DNA of 64,000 nucleotides from the human T2T-CHM13v2.0 reference genome, Homo sapiens (GCF_009914755.1 NC_060929.1), one strand, 5' to 3'. Positions 13,317-29,331 are shown, numbered from the stretch's first letter. The notes: generated from the sequence alone by a model not told the origin. Made by a program: numbers and translations.

Positions 13317-14205
13317 CAATGGTTCGCAAAGAAAGAGATACTGCCCCCTAGGGGACATTTCAGGAATTTAGTTGTCACTGACTGGGGAGTCCTCAGGCAT
13401 TTGGGAGAAAAAGGGGTCAGGAAATTACCTGACTGCTTTTGAGTGTCCTACCAAACACATATCGGTAAAAAGCTTGGTTGTAATAACTTGAGCCTAGAAT
13501 CATCTCTAATTTACACAAAAATATAACAAGAGTTTTTGCAATGACTTCCAGGAATGAAATTAGTGTGAGTTGTTCATTTTGGTGATATCTGAGCTACCAA
13601 TACAATGCACCTGTTATCAGGCAGTATTTATAGCTGTGACATTCAAGGTAAATCTGTGTGATTGTAATCAATGGGCTACTTCATTGAGATTTCTGAGTAG
13701 TTGTTAGCAGGCATTTGCCAATTGAAATAATGTTATTTTAAAAATCATTTTATCTTTTATATTAATTACGGTTTTTTAAATTATTTTGTAGAGAGAGGGT
13801 CTTGCTCTGTTGCCCAGGCTGGGATGCAGTAGCACCATCATGGCTCACTGCAGCCTCAATCTCCTGGGTTCAAGCGATCCTCCTGCCCCAGCCTCCTAAG
13901 TAGCTAGGACTATAGGCATGCACCACCACACTCAGCTAATTTTTAATTTTTTGTAGAGATAGGGTCTCACTATTTTGCCTAGGCTGGTCTGAAACTCCTG
14001 GGCTCAAGCAATCCTTCTGCCTTGGCCTCCCAAATTGTTGGGATTAAAGGTGTGAGCCACCACACCCAGCCAGTATTAATTTCTTTAGAGTAAATGTACA
14101 GATAGGATATTATCTTTAAACTTCATTTCAGGATAGTAAAGGGGTGTTAACATTATTTGTCATAAAAAAATGAAATATTGATTCTGAAAGGATTGAGAAC
14201 CACGG
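13317..14205. mobile_element. hAT-Charlie non-autonomous DNA transposon (MER20-like) interrupted by an Alu (about 13775-14072)
   Basis: Degenerate terminal inverted repeats caatggttcgcaaa ... ttgagaaccacg, and a MER20-type 5' segment tgccccctaggggacattt...gttgtcactgactgggga. Confidence 0.7.
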
Positions 14206-14239
14206 ACACAAGAGATACTCACATGAAAAGCCTTTCTAT

Positions 14240-18140
<3,901 letters not shown>

Positions 18141-19304
18141 AATTTAGATTCAGCAAAGATAAACCTCTTCTCCACTTGCCGAAAGTGAGCAAGCCAAGCA
18201 TCCTATTCCTGAGGCCACTTCCTCTCACTTAAGGTCCAGTGTACTGCATGAAAGTATGATTTGAACCTTGGAAATAATCTACCCCAACTGTCTCCACTTA
18301 CATGTAAGAAAATGGAGCCTTGGAGAAGGGAAGGGTCTTACTCAAAGACATCCAATAAGTCTGTGACTAAGCCAGGATGAGAACCCAGTCTTTGAACTCC
18401 TAGGTCAGGGTTTTTTCCAGCGCCCACACACAGGGCTGCTCACCCACACAGCACATCTTCCCTGGGCCTTGTCTGGGAGACCACTGGTGCCCACAGGCCA
18501 ACCCTCACCAGCCTACCCAGCCCAGGGCACTCAGGCCCAGAGGTGGAAGTGAGACCTGGGGAGGGTGGAGGCATGGTGGCCCCCTATTCCAGGCAGCACT
18601 GTGAGCCAGGGTAGTTGGGGCCACAGAAAGGGCAAGGATAGACACTCTGAACTTTGGCAGGAGTTGGGTGGGAAGGGAACATGTATGTATGTGCATGTGG
18701 GGGAGGTACTCACGCCAAATCCTTGCTCCCATCCCCCTCAGGCTCCTTTGAGTCACTTGTCCGTAAGGTTGGGGCACATTCTTGAAGGGAGTGGTCACAG
18801 GGGTTCAAGGCCCATTCAGTCCGCAGGCCAGTTTCTATTCCTCCTGGCACTGAAACCACCTCCTCACTCAGACTCAGCACCCCTCCCCAACTGGAAATAT
18901 AGTGACATGCTCTTCTAATTCCTGCCCTGGGACCTCCTTGGACCAGACGCGAGGCTGGGGGTAGGGCCGGCCTGGGTGCCCTTTCTCAGGGGATGGATTC
19001 TTGGTATTCAATATGTGGGGTGTGGCTGACCTACATTCAGATGAGCCTGATTGGCCCTCCCTTCCCCATCCTGTTGTTCTTCCCCAACCCCCCATCTCTC
19101 CGGGCCATTCCGCGGTGGGCCAGGGCAAGGCTGAGGGTTTAGGATCTCTCCCTGCCATCTGGGCATCTCCATCTCTGCGCCCCGGCAGGTCTGCAGCCAC
19201 TGGGCCTAAGGGAGCGGCCCTAGCAATCCGGTCTGAGGGGAGCAGTGCCCTCGTGTGGCCTCCAGGAGAAGCGCGGCTCTTTTCTCAGCCCGGTCCTTTG
19301 TATG

Positions 19305-20450
<1,146 letters not shown>

Positions 20451-20598
20451 GGACCACATTTTCCTTTGCTCATTTAGCTCCAGGAACTCCTTCACTTACA
20501 CCCCCTAGTGGGCTCCTCCATCCTCACAGGGCAGATCCCAGGGACACAGCTAAATTAGGGAATTCCTAAGTGTTGTTGGACAAAAGAATTTAAGACTC

Positions 20599-21090
<492 letters not shown>

Positions 21091-21189
21091 ATTTAAGACT
21101 CAGACACTAGGTCTTCCACCATTATCCCATTTAATGGGCAGGTCCTCTGCCTGCTATCTCCCTTACCCTGTCTGGCTTCCATGGACTCA

Positions 21190-21630
21190 ATTATTTATTA
21201 GGTCCCTGTTTGTCCAAATAGGTGTGTCTGTGGCCCCAGGGGTGTGTTGGTGACACCCAAAACAGTCCTGGGTGTTTGGTATTTATATTTGATACAAGTG
21301 AGGGGGGCAGCAAAATCTGGGGGTACCAAGTCCTCAGACCCAAGCCAATCATTTACTCCTGTTTCTTTACACAAAACACAGTGGGATCAGACCTGATACC
21401 ACAGGAAATGCACATACACATTTTGGCCCCAGGTTGGGCATTTCTGGAGAGCCTGGGAAAGGCCAGACTAGTCTTACAAATACTCTTATGCCAGCAGGGG
21501 GTGGGGTAAGCAAGTAGGGGAGTAGGTGACCGGTAGAGTCTGGAGTCAGCAGGCCTTGTTCTGTTTGTGTTGTGCTGCAGTGGGGGATGCATTATAAATG
21601 CAACCAGCCAGAGGGCCCCTGGCTTCAGAA
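21190..21630 (+). promoter_or_regulatory. SLC4A9: SLC4A9 promoter, non-CpG with a TATA box (TATAAA 21593-21598) and several forkhead-like motifs
   Basis: TATAAA lies about 75 nt upstream of the ATG at 21670. TGTTTGT/TATTTAT motifs occur at 21192, 21207, 21280 and 21562. Confidence 0.75.
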
Positions 21631-21669
21631 CCTAGGACTGTACTGGTTCTGAGATTCTGTGCAAGCCTC

Positions 21670-21899
21670 ATGGAAATGAAGCTGCCAGGCCAGGAAGGGT
21701 TTGAAGCCTCCAGTGCTCCTAGAAATATTCCTTCAGGGGAGCTGGACAGCAACCCTGACCCTGGCACCGGCCCCAGCCCTGATGGCCCCTCAGACACAGA
21801 GAGCAAGGAACTGGGAGTACCCAAAGACCCTCTGCTCTTCATTCAGCTGAATGAGCTGCTGGGCTGGCCCCAGGCGCTGGAGTGGAGAGAGACAGGCAG
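21670..21899 (+). CDS. SLC4A9: SLC4A9 (AE4) coding exon 1
   Basis: MEMKLPGQEGFEASS...LFIQLNELLGWPQALEWRETG, ending AG|gtaagt. EWRET matches the SLC4 W(K/R)ETARW-type motif. It is 230 nt. Confidence 0.95.
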
Positions 21900-22244
21900 G
21901 TAAGTTGGATGCAGGCCAGTTCTGTGGGATCCTTCCCCTTCCCCAGCTGGAGCCTCCTATATGTCCCCCAGCGCTTCTTATGGGGCTGCCCAAAATTAGG
22001 ATTTTCCCAGCTGTGTTCCCTTATTTCAGGGTCTTACCTTCCATGATGCCCAGCCTCCTCTGCAGTCTAGTTTTGAGATCCCCAAGACCCTAGATGAGGG
22101 GTGACTGCCAGGGTGGGGGGGAGACTTCACACCACTGGGCCCAGGATGCCCTCATTGCCTTGCCTTCCCTAGCTCCTCTGCATCTCTGCTCCTGGACATG
22201 GGAGAAATGCCCTCAATAACACTGTCTACCCACCTTCATCACAG

Positions 22245-22405
22245 GTGGGTACTGTTTGAGGAGAAGTTGGAGGTGGCTGCAGGCCGGTGGAGTGCCCCCC
22301 ATGTGCCCACCCTGGCACTGCCCAGCCTCCAGAAGCTCCGCAGCCTGCTGGCCGAGGGCCTTGTACTGCTGGACTGCCCAGCTCAGAGCCTCCTGGAGCT
22401 CGTGG
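22245..22405 (+). CDS. SLC4A9: SLC4A9 exon 2 (alternative upstream acceptor at 22173)
   Basis: cacag|G TGG GTA gives RWVLFEEKLEVAAGRWSAPHVPTLALPSLQKLRS...LLELV, ending G|gtaggc. It is 161 nt. Confidence 0.95.
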
Positions 22406-22686
22406 GTAGGCTGGGATCCTTTGCAGGAAGGGCCTGGGTAGCCATGCCTTTTCCCCAGGATTTCCCCTCCAAAGTCTTGAAATCTTCCAGAGCCCATCCC
22501 TACCCCTCCTAGGATTGTCTACCCTTGTCACAGGGTGGACATGGAAAAGCAGGGTGGAGGAGCAAGTTCATTGGCCCTGGCATTCTGAGACTCCCAGAAG
22601 GGAAAGGTGTCTGGGCAGAGGGAGAAGGGGAAGAGTGTGCGGCAGGGAACTCTCAGGAAGGAGATGACCCCCAATCCATTCTCCAG

Positions 22687-22800
22687 AGCAGGTGACCAGG
22701 GTGGAGTCGCTGAGCCCAGAGCTGAGAGGGCAGTTGCAGGCCTTGCTGCTGCAGAGACCCCAGCATTACAACCAGACCACAGGCACCAGGCCCTGCTGGG
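22687..22800 (+). CDS. SLC4A9: SLC4A9 exon 3
   Basis: ctccag|AG CAG GTG gives EQVTRVESLSPELRGQLQALLLQRPQHYNQTTGTRPCW, ending G|gtgaga. It is 114 nt. Confidence 0.93.
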
Positions 22801-23240
22801 GTGAGAGCCCCTCCCTGGGCCCAGGACCAAGACCCTGGTGTGGCAGGGTCTCAGATCTCCCCTGCACCTTCCAGGGCTAGAAGTAGCCCAGGCTTAGTTC
22901 AGGCTCCAACCCAGGACTCATGAGCAAGAGGAAACTGGTGGTAATGTTGTGGGGAGAAGATTCAGGGGGCTAGAATCGTAAGAGAGTTCTGTGAAGACAT
23001 GTACTTGGTAGGCACTAGGCCTACCATTTGATCTTCACAGTATCTCATTTGATCTTCACAACCACCCTGTAAATAGTACCACAATTATCCCCATTTTAGT
23101 GGTGAGAAAACTGTGGCTCAGAGTGGAGAAGGGTATACTCTAATTCTTACAGCTTGTCAGTGGCAAAAGTGATTAGGGAATCCTGGTGGATCCACCCCCA
23201 AAGCCTGTGGTCTTAATCACTGCATAATCCTGTTTTGTAG

Positions 23241-23296
23241 GCTCTACTCATCCAAGAAAGGCTTCTGACAATGAGGAAGCCCCCCTGAGGGAACAG
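23241..23296 (+). CDS. SLC4A9: SLC4A9 exon 4
   Basis: ttttgtag|GC TCT ACT gives GSTHPRKASDNEEAPLREQ, ending |gtttgt. It is 56 nt and restores phase 0. Confidence 0.88.
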
Positions 23297-23449
23297 GTTT
23301 GTGGCCCTTCCTTGGGGTCCCTTTCCAGTGGCTGGGAGAGGGGTTAGAAATTAACAAAAGTCTACTCTCCACTGGATTTCTCATCATTTGAGATCTTATC
23401 CTCCCCAAATAACCTTTCATATTCTGTGTCTCCTTGAACCCCCATCCAG

Positions 23450-23607
23450 TGTCAGAACCCCCTGAGACAGAAGCTACCTCCAGGAGCTGAGGCAGGGACT
23501 GTGCTGGCAGGGGAGCTGGGCTTCCTGGCACAGCCACTGGGAGCCTTTGTTCGACTGCGGAACCCTGTGGTACTGGGGTCCCTTACTGAGGTGTCCCTCC
23601 CAAGCAG
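23450..23607 (+). CDS. SLC4A9: SLC4A9 exon 5
   Basis: atccag| gives CQNPLRQKLPPGAEAGTVLAGELGFLAQPLGAFVRLRNPVVLGSLTEVSLPS, ending AG|gtgagg. It is 158 nt and contains the SLC4 AFVRL motif. Confidence 0.95.
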
Positions 23608-23877
23608 GTGAGGCTACTGAGTGAGTGGGAGTCAGGGATCCCAGAACCTAGAAGGGTCTTTACTGAGGAGGGGAAGGAGGGTCTCAGTCTGATTCTCTGA
23701 GGCTGTGGGGAGGATGGTGCTCAGGGGTCTGGGGAGAGAGTAGTGGTCAGGGCTGCATGGTAGGTGTGCAAATGAGTGTGTTTATGGGAGCTGATAGGTC
23801 AGAGCTGAGCATCAGAGGCCAGGGCTGCCCTGTGGGAAAGCAGCCTGTGAATCTCTGGGGCCTGGTTCCTTCCTCAG

Positions 23878-23965
23878 GTTTTTCTGCCTTCTCCTGGGCC
23901 CCTGTATGCTGGGAAAGGGCTACCATGAGATGGGACGGGCAGCAGCTGTCCTCCTCAGTGACCCG
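23878..23965 (+). CDS. SLC4A9: SLC4A9 exon 6
   Basis: cctcag| gives RFFCLLLGPCMLGKGYHEMGRAAAVLLSDP, ending |gtgagc. It is 88 nt and contains the SLC4 YHE(I/M)GR motif. Confidence 0.95.
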
Positions 23966-23978
23966 GTGAGCTGAGCAG

Positions 23979-24066
23979 GTGTGTGTGTGTGCGCGCGCAC
24001 GCGTGCATGCCTGTGTGTGTGTGCACACATGCATACATGCATGGGCTCATGTGAGTGTGTGTGTGT
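23979..24066. repeat. (GT)n/(GC)n alternating purine-pyrimidine tract in SLC4A9 intron 6
   Basis: gtgtgtgtgtgtgcgcgcgcacgcgtgcatgc c tgtgtgtgtgtgcacacatgcatacatgcatg. Confidence 0.9.
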
Positions 24067-24344
24067 GGACTCTGTATGTGTCCCTAAATACAGCAATGAG
24101 GCACAGTGAGCACTGAGACTGAAGTTTCCTCGTCTCCTAGTGCAGCCCCATTACTGGATGAGTGCTGGCACACTGTAGGCACTCAATAGATACCCACTGA
24201 ATGAATGAATTAATGCATGCATAAAGGAATGTGTGAATGACTTGTCTGCCTCTGTGACTTGTGTCTGTCTAGTTTTGAGACTATGAAAATGCATGTAAGA
24301 GACCAGGTTTGCACTTACCACCCATTCTGTGCCCCCATTCCCAG

Positions 24345-24499
24345 CAATTCCAGTGGTCAGTTCGTCGGGCCAGCAACCTTCATGACCTTCTGGCAGCCCT
24401 GGATGCATTCCTAGAGGAGGTGACAGTGCTTCCCCCAGGTCGGTGGGACCCAACAGCCCGGATTCCCCCGCCCAAATGTCTGCCATCTCAGCACAAAAG
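24345..24499 (+). CDS. SLC4A9: SLC4A9 exon 7
   Basis: ttcccag| gives [51 protein letters not shown], ending AG|gtacct. It is 155 nt. Confidence 0.95.
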
Positions 24500-24871
24500 G
24501 TACCTGGGAGCCATCATCCCATACAGATTCCTGCCCATATAGGCCCTGGGTCTAATTCCATTGTTGAGGAGGGGTGGTGTCCCAGGAAAGAGATAGGGAC
24601 CTATCTTTGGATTTGGAGTCAGGCAGACCTAACTCTGAGTTCTGCTGGACTACTCTCTCGCTAAGAGACCTGAACAAAGACCTTCCCTGCCCGAGCCTGG
24701 CTTTCACAGGTCGCAATATGACCTGGACCTTCTAGAGGCCCAGGTGTCGCCATGGTTCCCTCGCCGGCAGAGACAAGAGCAGCCGCTAGGGGGCAGGGCG
24801 CCACGAGCTCTGGACCGAGTCGCAGACTGGTTGGAGATCCTCAGCCAACCTGGGGTTCCCCTCCTCCTCAG

Positions 24872-24988
24872 GCTTCCCTCGCAACAGCGGGAGATCAGAG
24901 GTCCCGCCGTCCCGCGCCTGACCTCGGCTGAGGACAGGCACCGCCATGGGCCACACGCACACAGCCCGGAGTTGCAGCGGACCGGCAG
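24872..24988 (+). CDS. SLC4A9: SLC4A9 exon 8
   Basis: cctcag| gives RLPSQQREIRGPAVPRLTSAEDRHRHGPHAHSPELQRTG, ending AG|gtgagg. It is 117 nt. Confidence 0.92.
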
Positions 24989-25160
24989 GTGAGGCGAGCT
25001 GGGAGGAAACAAGGGTAGGTGACCTGGGGGAGGGGAGGAGTCACAGGGAAACTGAGGTGTGTGCTCACTGTGGGAGGGGCTCACCCGGTCACAGGGAAAG
25101 TAGCGGGGATGCGGGTGTGGAGTGTGAAAACCTGGATCACTGACGACCCTCGGGCGGGAG

Positions 25161-25335
25161 GCTGTTTGGGGGCCTTATCCAGGACGTGCGCAGGAAGGTC
25201 CCGTGGTACCCCAGCGATTTCTTGGACGCCCTGCATCTCCAGTGCTTCTCGGCCGTACTCTACATTTACCTGGCCACTGTCACTAATGCCATCACTTTTG
25301 GGGGTCTGCTGGGAGATGCCACTGATGGTGCCCAG
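25161..25335 (+). CDS. SLC4A9: SLC4A9 exon 9 (start of membrane domain)
   Basis: gggag| gives [59 protein letters not shown], ending |gtgggt. It is 175 nt and carries the SLC4 signature AITFGGLLG. Confidence 0.93.
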
Positions 25336-25486
25336 GTGGGTAGGGCCCAGGGGGCAGGCACAAGCGTTGGTGTCCCCTAGTCCATCCCTTCCCCTGGGAC
25401 TATGGGTAAGTTAAGGAGGCTCTCCCAAAGCTTCAAAGGACCCCGAGGACTTCAGGGTCCTGTGCTGAGCCCCTGTTGGCTTCCAG

Positions 25487-25620
25487 GGAGTGCTGGAAAG
25501 TTTCCTGGGCACAGCAGTGGCTGGAGCTGCCTTCTGCCTGATGGCAGGCCAGCCCCTCACCATTCTGAGCAGCACGGGGCCAGTGCTGGTCTTTGAGCGC
25601 CTGCTCTTCTCTTTCAGCAG
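25487..25620 (+). CDS. SLC4A9: SLC4A9 exon 10
   Basis: ttccag| gives [44 protein letters not shown], ending AG|gtagga. It is 134 nt and contains the [12 protein letters not shown] motif. Confidence 0.96.
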
Positions 25621-25795
25621 GTAGGAGAGCTCCCCCCATCACCGGACCCTCACTAGTGCCATGGTCAGCCTGCTCCTGGCTGGGTGAATAGGAGAGAGTG
25701 GGAGCTATCTGTTTGGGTTGAGGGACACCTGACCTGGGTTTAGTGGGAAGCAGACAGCCCTGCTAAGCCAGCCTTCCTGTCTCTCATCCCCACAG

Positions 25796-26058
25796 AGATT
25801 ACAGCCTGGACTACCTGCCCTTCCGCCTATGGGTGGGCATCTGGGTGGCTACCTTTTGCCTGGTGCTGGTGGCCACAGAGGCCAGTGTGCTGGTGCGCTA
25901 CTTCACCCGCTTCACTGAGGAAGGTTTCTGTGCCCTCATCAGCCTCATCTTCATCTACGATGCTGTGGGCAAAATGCTGAACTTGACCCATACCTATCCT
26001 ATCCAGAAGCCTGGGTCCTCTGCCTACGGGTGCCTCTGCCAATACCCAGGCCCAGGAG
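25796..26058 (+). CDS. SLC4A9: SLC4A9 exon 11
   Basis: cacag| gives RDYSLDYLPFRLWVGIW...VRYFTRFTEEGFCALISLIFIYDA...GCLCQYPGPG, ending G|gtgggt. It is 263 nt. Confidence 0.96.
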
Positions 26059-26952
26059 GTGGGTAAGGGAAACAGGGACCTTGGTCAGGTGAAGAAGGAT
26101 GTAGGGAAGGGGAGGGGCTGCACCCTTACTATCCCCCCTGGTTAAGTTCAGCAAAATGCTGCATACTTACCCAATAACTGGCAGTACTATTTACACTCTG
26201 GTTCTGAATCAATTGAGAAATAAGACAACAGAAGGCCCGATATCATCTTCCTTTCTGACAACACTGATAAAGGAACATGGGTTATATCTGTGGGTGAATG
26301 GGCTTCCTAATGATGAAGCCAAAATTGAATAGACTTACCCACCAGTCGTGGAAGCACTGGTTTGAGACTATCTTACCCCAGGGGAGTAGAGCTAAATACA
26401 TACATCAAACAGGCAGCTTATACTCGAGAGAGGGGAGAGAAAGGGGCAGGGCCAGGTATGCCCAGCTTCATTTCCTGAAATCACCAATCAAATATATCAC
26501 TGCTCTTCTGGGTGAGAGTGGCCGGCCAGGTGGAGAGAGGCTTGGAGTATTACACTTGCATATATCCCTCCACATGGAAGGCAACCCCAGGACTGGGAAG
26601 AAGTGGCCTCTCTATATGTTCTCCTATCAGTGCTAGGCATGAACAAGACCAGTTCTAGCCCTGGTGGAAACACACAGATTTGTATACTCCTCTATTCAGC
26701 CAACATTTGCTGAGCATCTACTGTGGCCAGGTCCAGTGCTTGGTACCAGGGATGCAGATGGGTAGAGAATTTGAGAGGATGGGGGCATGAGACAATGTCC
26801 TTCTCGCACACTTGGTAGTGATAGAGTCAGCAGACAGATGAGTCACAATTAAGAACTCTGGTTCACCTGGACCCATCAGATAAGAATTTTATGGGGCTGG
26901 AGGAGGTTCCCAGGGGAGGGAACATACATCTGAATTCTTCTCTGCTTCCCAG

Positions 26953-27011
26953 GAAATGAGTCTCAATGGATAAGGACAAGGCCAAAAGACAGAGACGACA
27001 TCGTAAGCATG
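26953..27011 (+). CDS. SLC4A9: SLC4A9 exon 12 (extracellular loop)
   Basis: ttcccag|GA AAT GAG gives GNESQWIRTRPKDRDDIVSM, ending |gtgagg. It is 59 nt, with an alternative donor at 27003. Confidence 0.88.
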
Positions 27012-27266
27012 GTGAGGGACTGCTCCTGGGAGGTTCTAGGAAGGAAAGGGTGGAGACCAAGGCAGTCGGTGGTTTCTAGCTCTTCCTACCCATAGGTTAA
27101 GGAAACCTTCATAGGTGAGTAAAGCTTAGCCATTTCCTACAGCTGGGAACTTCCCATCCTGGGCCCCTGGTGTCTCTGTGGGTCCCTCCTCCCTTGAAGT
27201 TGGTCCAGGAGAGCAGGACATTTACTCCATTGCCTATAACTCCACTCCTGACCCTCCTGTGTACAG

Positions 27267-27455
27267 GACTTAGGCCTGATCAATGCATCCTTGCTGCCGC
27301 CACCTGAGTGCACCCGGCAGGGAGGCCACCCTCGTGGCCCTGGCTGTCATACAGTCCCAGACATTGCCTTCTTCTCCCTTCTCCTCTTCCTTACTTCTTT
27401 CTTCTTTGCTATGGCCCTCAAGTGTGTAAAGACCAGCCGCTTCTTCCCCTCTGTG
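27267..27455 (+). CDS. SLC4A9: SLC4A9 exon 13
   Basis: tacag| gives DLGLINASLLPPPECTRQGGHPRGPGCHTVPDIAFFSLLLF...KTSRFFPSV, ending |gtgagt. It is 189 nt. Confidence 0.95.
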
Positions 27456-27583
27456 GTGAGTTTCACCTTTCTTTCTGTGGGAGAGGCCTGACTCTAAGCT
27501 TTGGGTCCTATCTGTGATGGGAAGTGGTGTGGAAAAAGAGAGATGGCAGGCCTGGACCTGACTGAGTGTCCACTGTGTGCCAG

Positions 27584-27697
27584 GTGCGCAAAGGGCTCAG
27601 CGACTTCTCCTCAGTCCTGGCCATCCTGCTCGGCTGTGGCCTTGATGCTTTCCTGGGCCTAGCCACACCAAAGCTCATGGTACCCAGAGAGTTCAAG
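27584..27697 (+). CDS. SLC4A9: SLC4A9 exon 14
   Basis: gccag| gives VRKGLSDFSSVLAILLGCGLDAFLGLATPKLMVPREFK, ending |gtgaga. It is 114 nt. Confidence 0.95.
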
Positions 27698-28852
27698 GTG
27701 AGAGCCAGGGAAGAGGGTTGGGGGACCAGAGGGGAAAGCAGGGCCAGCAGACCATGGGGAAGGAAAATGAATAAATCCCACACTTCTCTAAGCTTCTTTC
27801 TTCACTAATAAGCTAGAGATAGTAATAATAATGGCCTCACAGGGTTGTCATGAGGATTAAATGAAGTACTGCAGCAGACACGTGAGTACAGAGAATACAC
27901 GGTAGCTATTATTACAGGGTATGGGTTAAGAGAATGGGTTCTGATCAGCCAGCCCTGGGTTTGAGTTCCAGTTCTTCCACTTCCCAGCTATGCATTAGGC
28001 AAGTTAATGCACATTTCTAAGCCTCAATTTCTTCGTCTATAAAATGGAAATAATAAAATGACAATAGTTCCTACCCCGTAGATTGTTTTGAGGTTTACAG
28101 AAGATCACAGTGGAAAGCACTTACCACATGCCTGGCACATACCAAGTCCTCAATAAATGTTAGCTATTATTGTTACGGGATTGCCCCACCCTTGGCGTGG
28201 CCCTGCCCACTCCACTACTCCTCACTCTCTTCTTCCCACCCCACGTTGCCTACCCTGATCCAGGAAAGCTGGAACTCCCTTTCCAGGGCATGACAGTGTG
28301 CAGGACAAGGCTTAGCACTGATTTCTAGACTTTGCCTTTGCATTTGGAGACCTCCTCTCCAAATTCCCCCAAGACAGGAGAGCAGGGAGGAATCCAGCTG
28401 GGGCAGCAACTGGGGCCCCCTCCCCAACACATATGCTTGTAATCAGCGTGGACACAGACACACCCAGCCCTGTCCCTGCCTCAGATCAAGGCAGGTCTGA
28501 GCCTGAGTTGCCCCACCCGGGATAGGGGGAGAGGGATCTCTAGGGAGCAGGGCTCTGTACATCAAGAAGTGTGTGTAGGCCACATGTGCCACCTCCTTCT
28601 GTTCCAGGGAGGGAGGGACCCTGAACCAAAGTCCAGAGCCCCTGGTTCCAGCCTGACCTCAGGGCTGGTCTCCTTCCATCTGCTGTCTTTTAAGGCACTG
28701 GGATGCTTTGAACCAGCTATGCACACACAGCCCACTAGCATCTAGTGACTTGGGGTGGGGGCAGGTTGTGGAAGAATGCCAAGGTTGAGATGTGCAGGTG
28801 AGATGCTCTTGGGAGACCCACTCCAACCTGTCCATGAAATGCCCTCCTCCAG

Positions 28853-29014
28853 CCCACACTCCCTGGGCGTGGCTGGCTGGTGTCACCTTTTGGAGCCAAC
28901 CCCTGGTGGTGGAGTGTGGCAGCTGCCCTGCCTGCCCTGCTGCTGTCTATCCTCATCTTCATGGACCAACAGATCACAGCAGTCATCCTCAACCGCATGG
29001 AATACAGACTGCAG
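28853..29014 (+). CDS. SLC4A9: SLC4A9 exon 15
   Basis: ctccag| gives [54 protein letters not shown], ending |gtaagg. It is 162 nt and contains the [10 protein letters not shown] motif. Confidence 0.96.
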
Positions 29015-29152
29015 GTAAGGCCTGCTGGGTAAGGCCCAAGACCAAGGGACAGAAGCTCCAGGGGAGTCTACGCTCCTCCTCTCCTACCTCAGAGGACAGA
29101 GGGCTGGGGCCTGGGCTAGCTTCATCCTCATTGCCCCCACCACTACCTGCAG

Positions 29153-29331
29153 AAGGGAGCTGGCTTCCACCTGGACCTCTTCTGTGTGGCTGTGCTGATG
29201 CTACTCACATCAGCGCTTGGACTGCCTTGGTATGTCTCAGCCACTGTCATCTCCCTGGCTCACATGGACAGTCTTCGGAGAGAGAGCAGAGCCTGTGCCC
29301 CCGGGGAGCGCCCCAACTTCCTGGGTATCAG
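29153..29331 (+). CDS. SLC4A9: SLC4A9 exon 16
   Basis: ctgcag| gives [59 protein letters not shown], ending AG|gtgagg. It is 179 nt. Confidence 0.96.
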
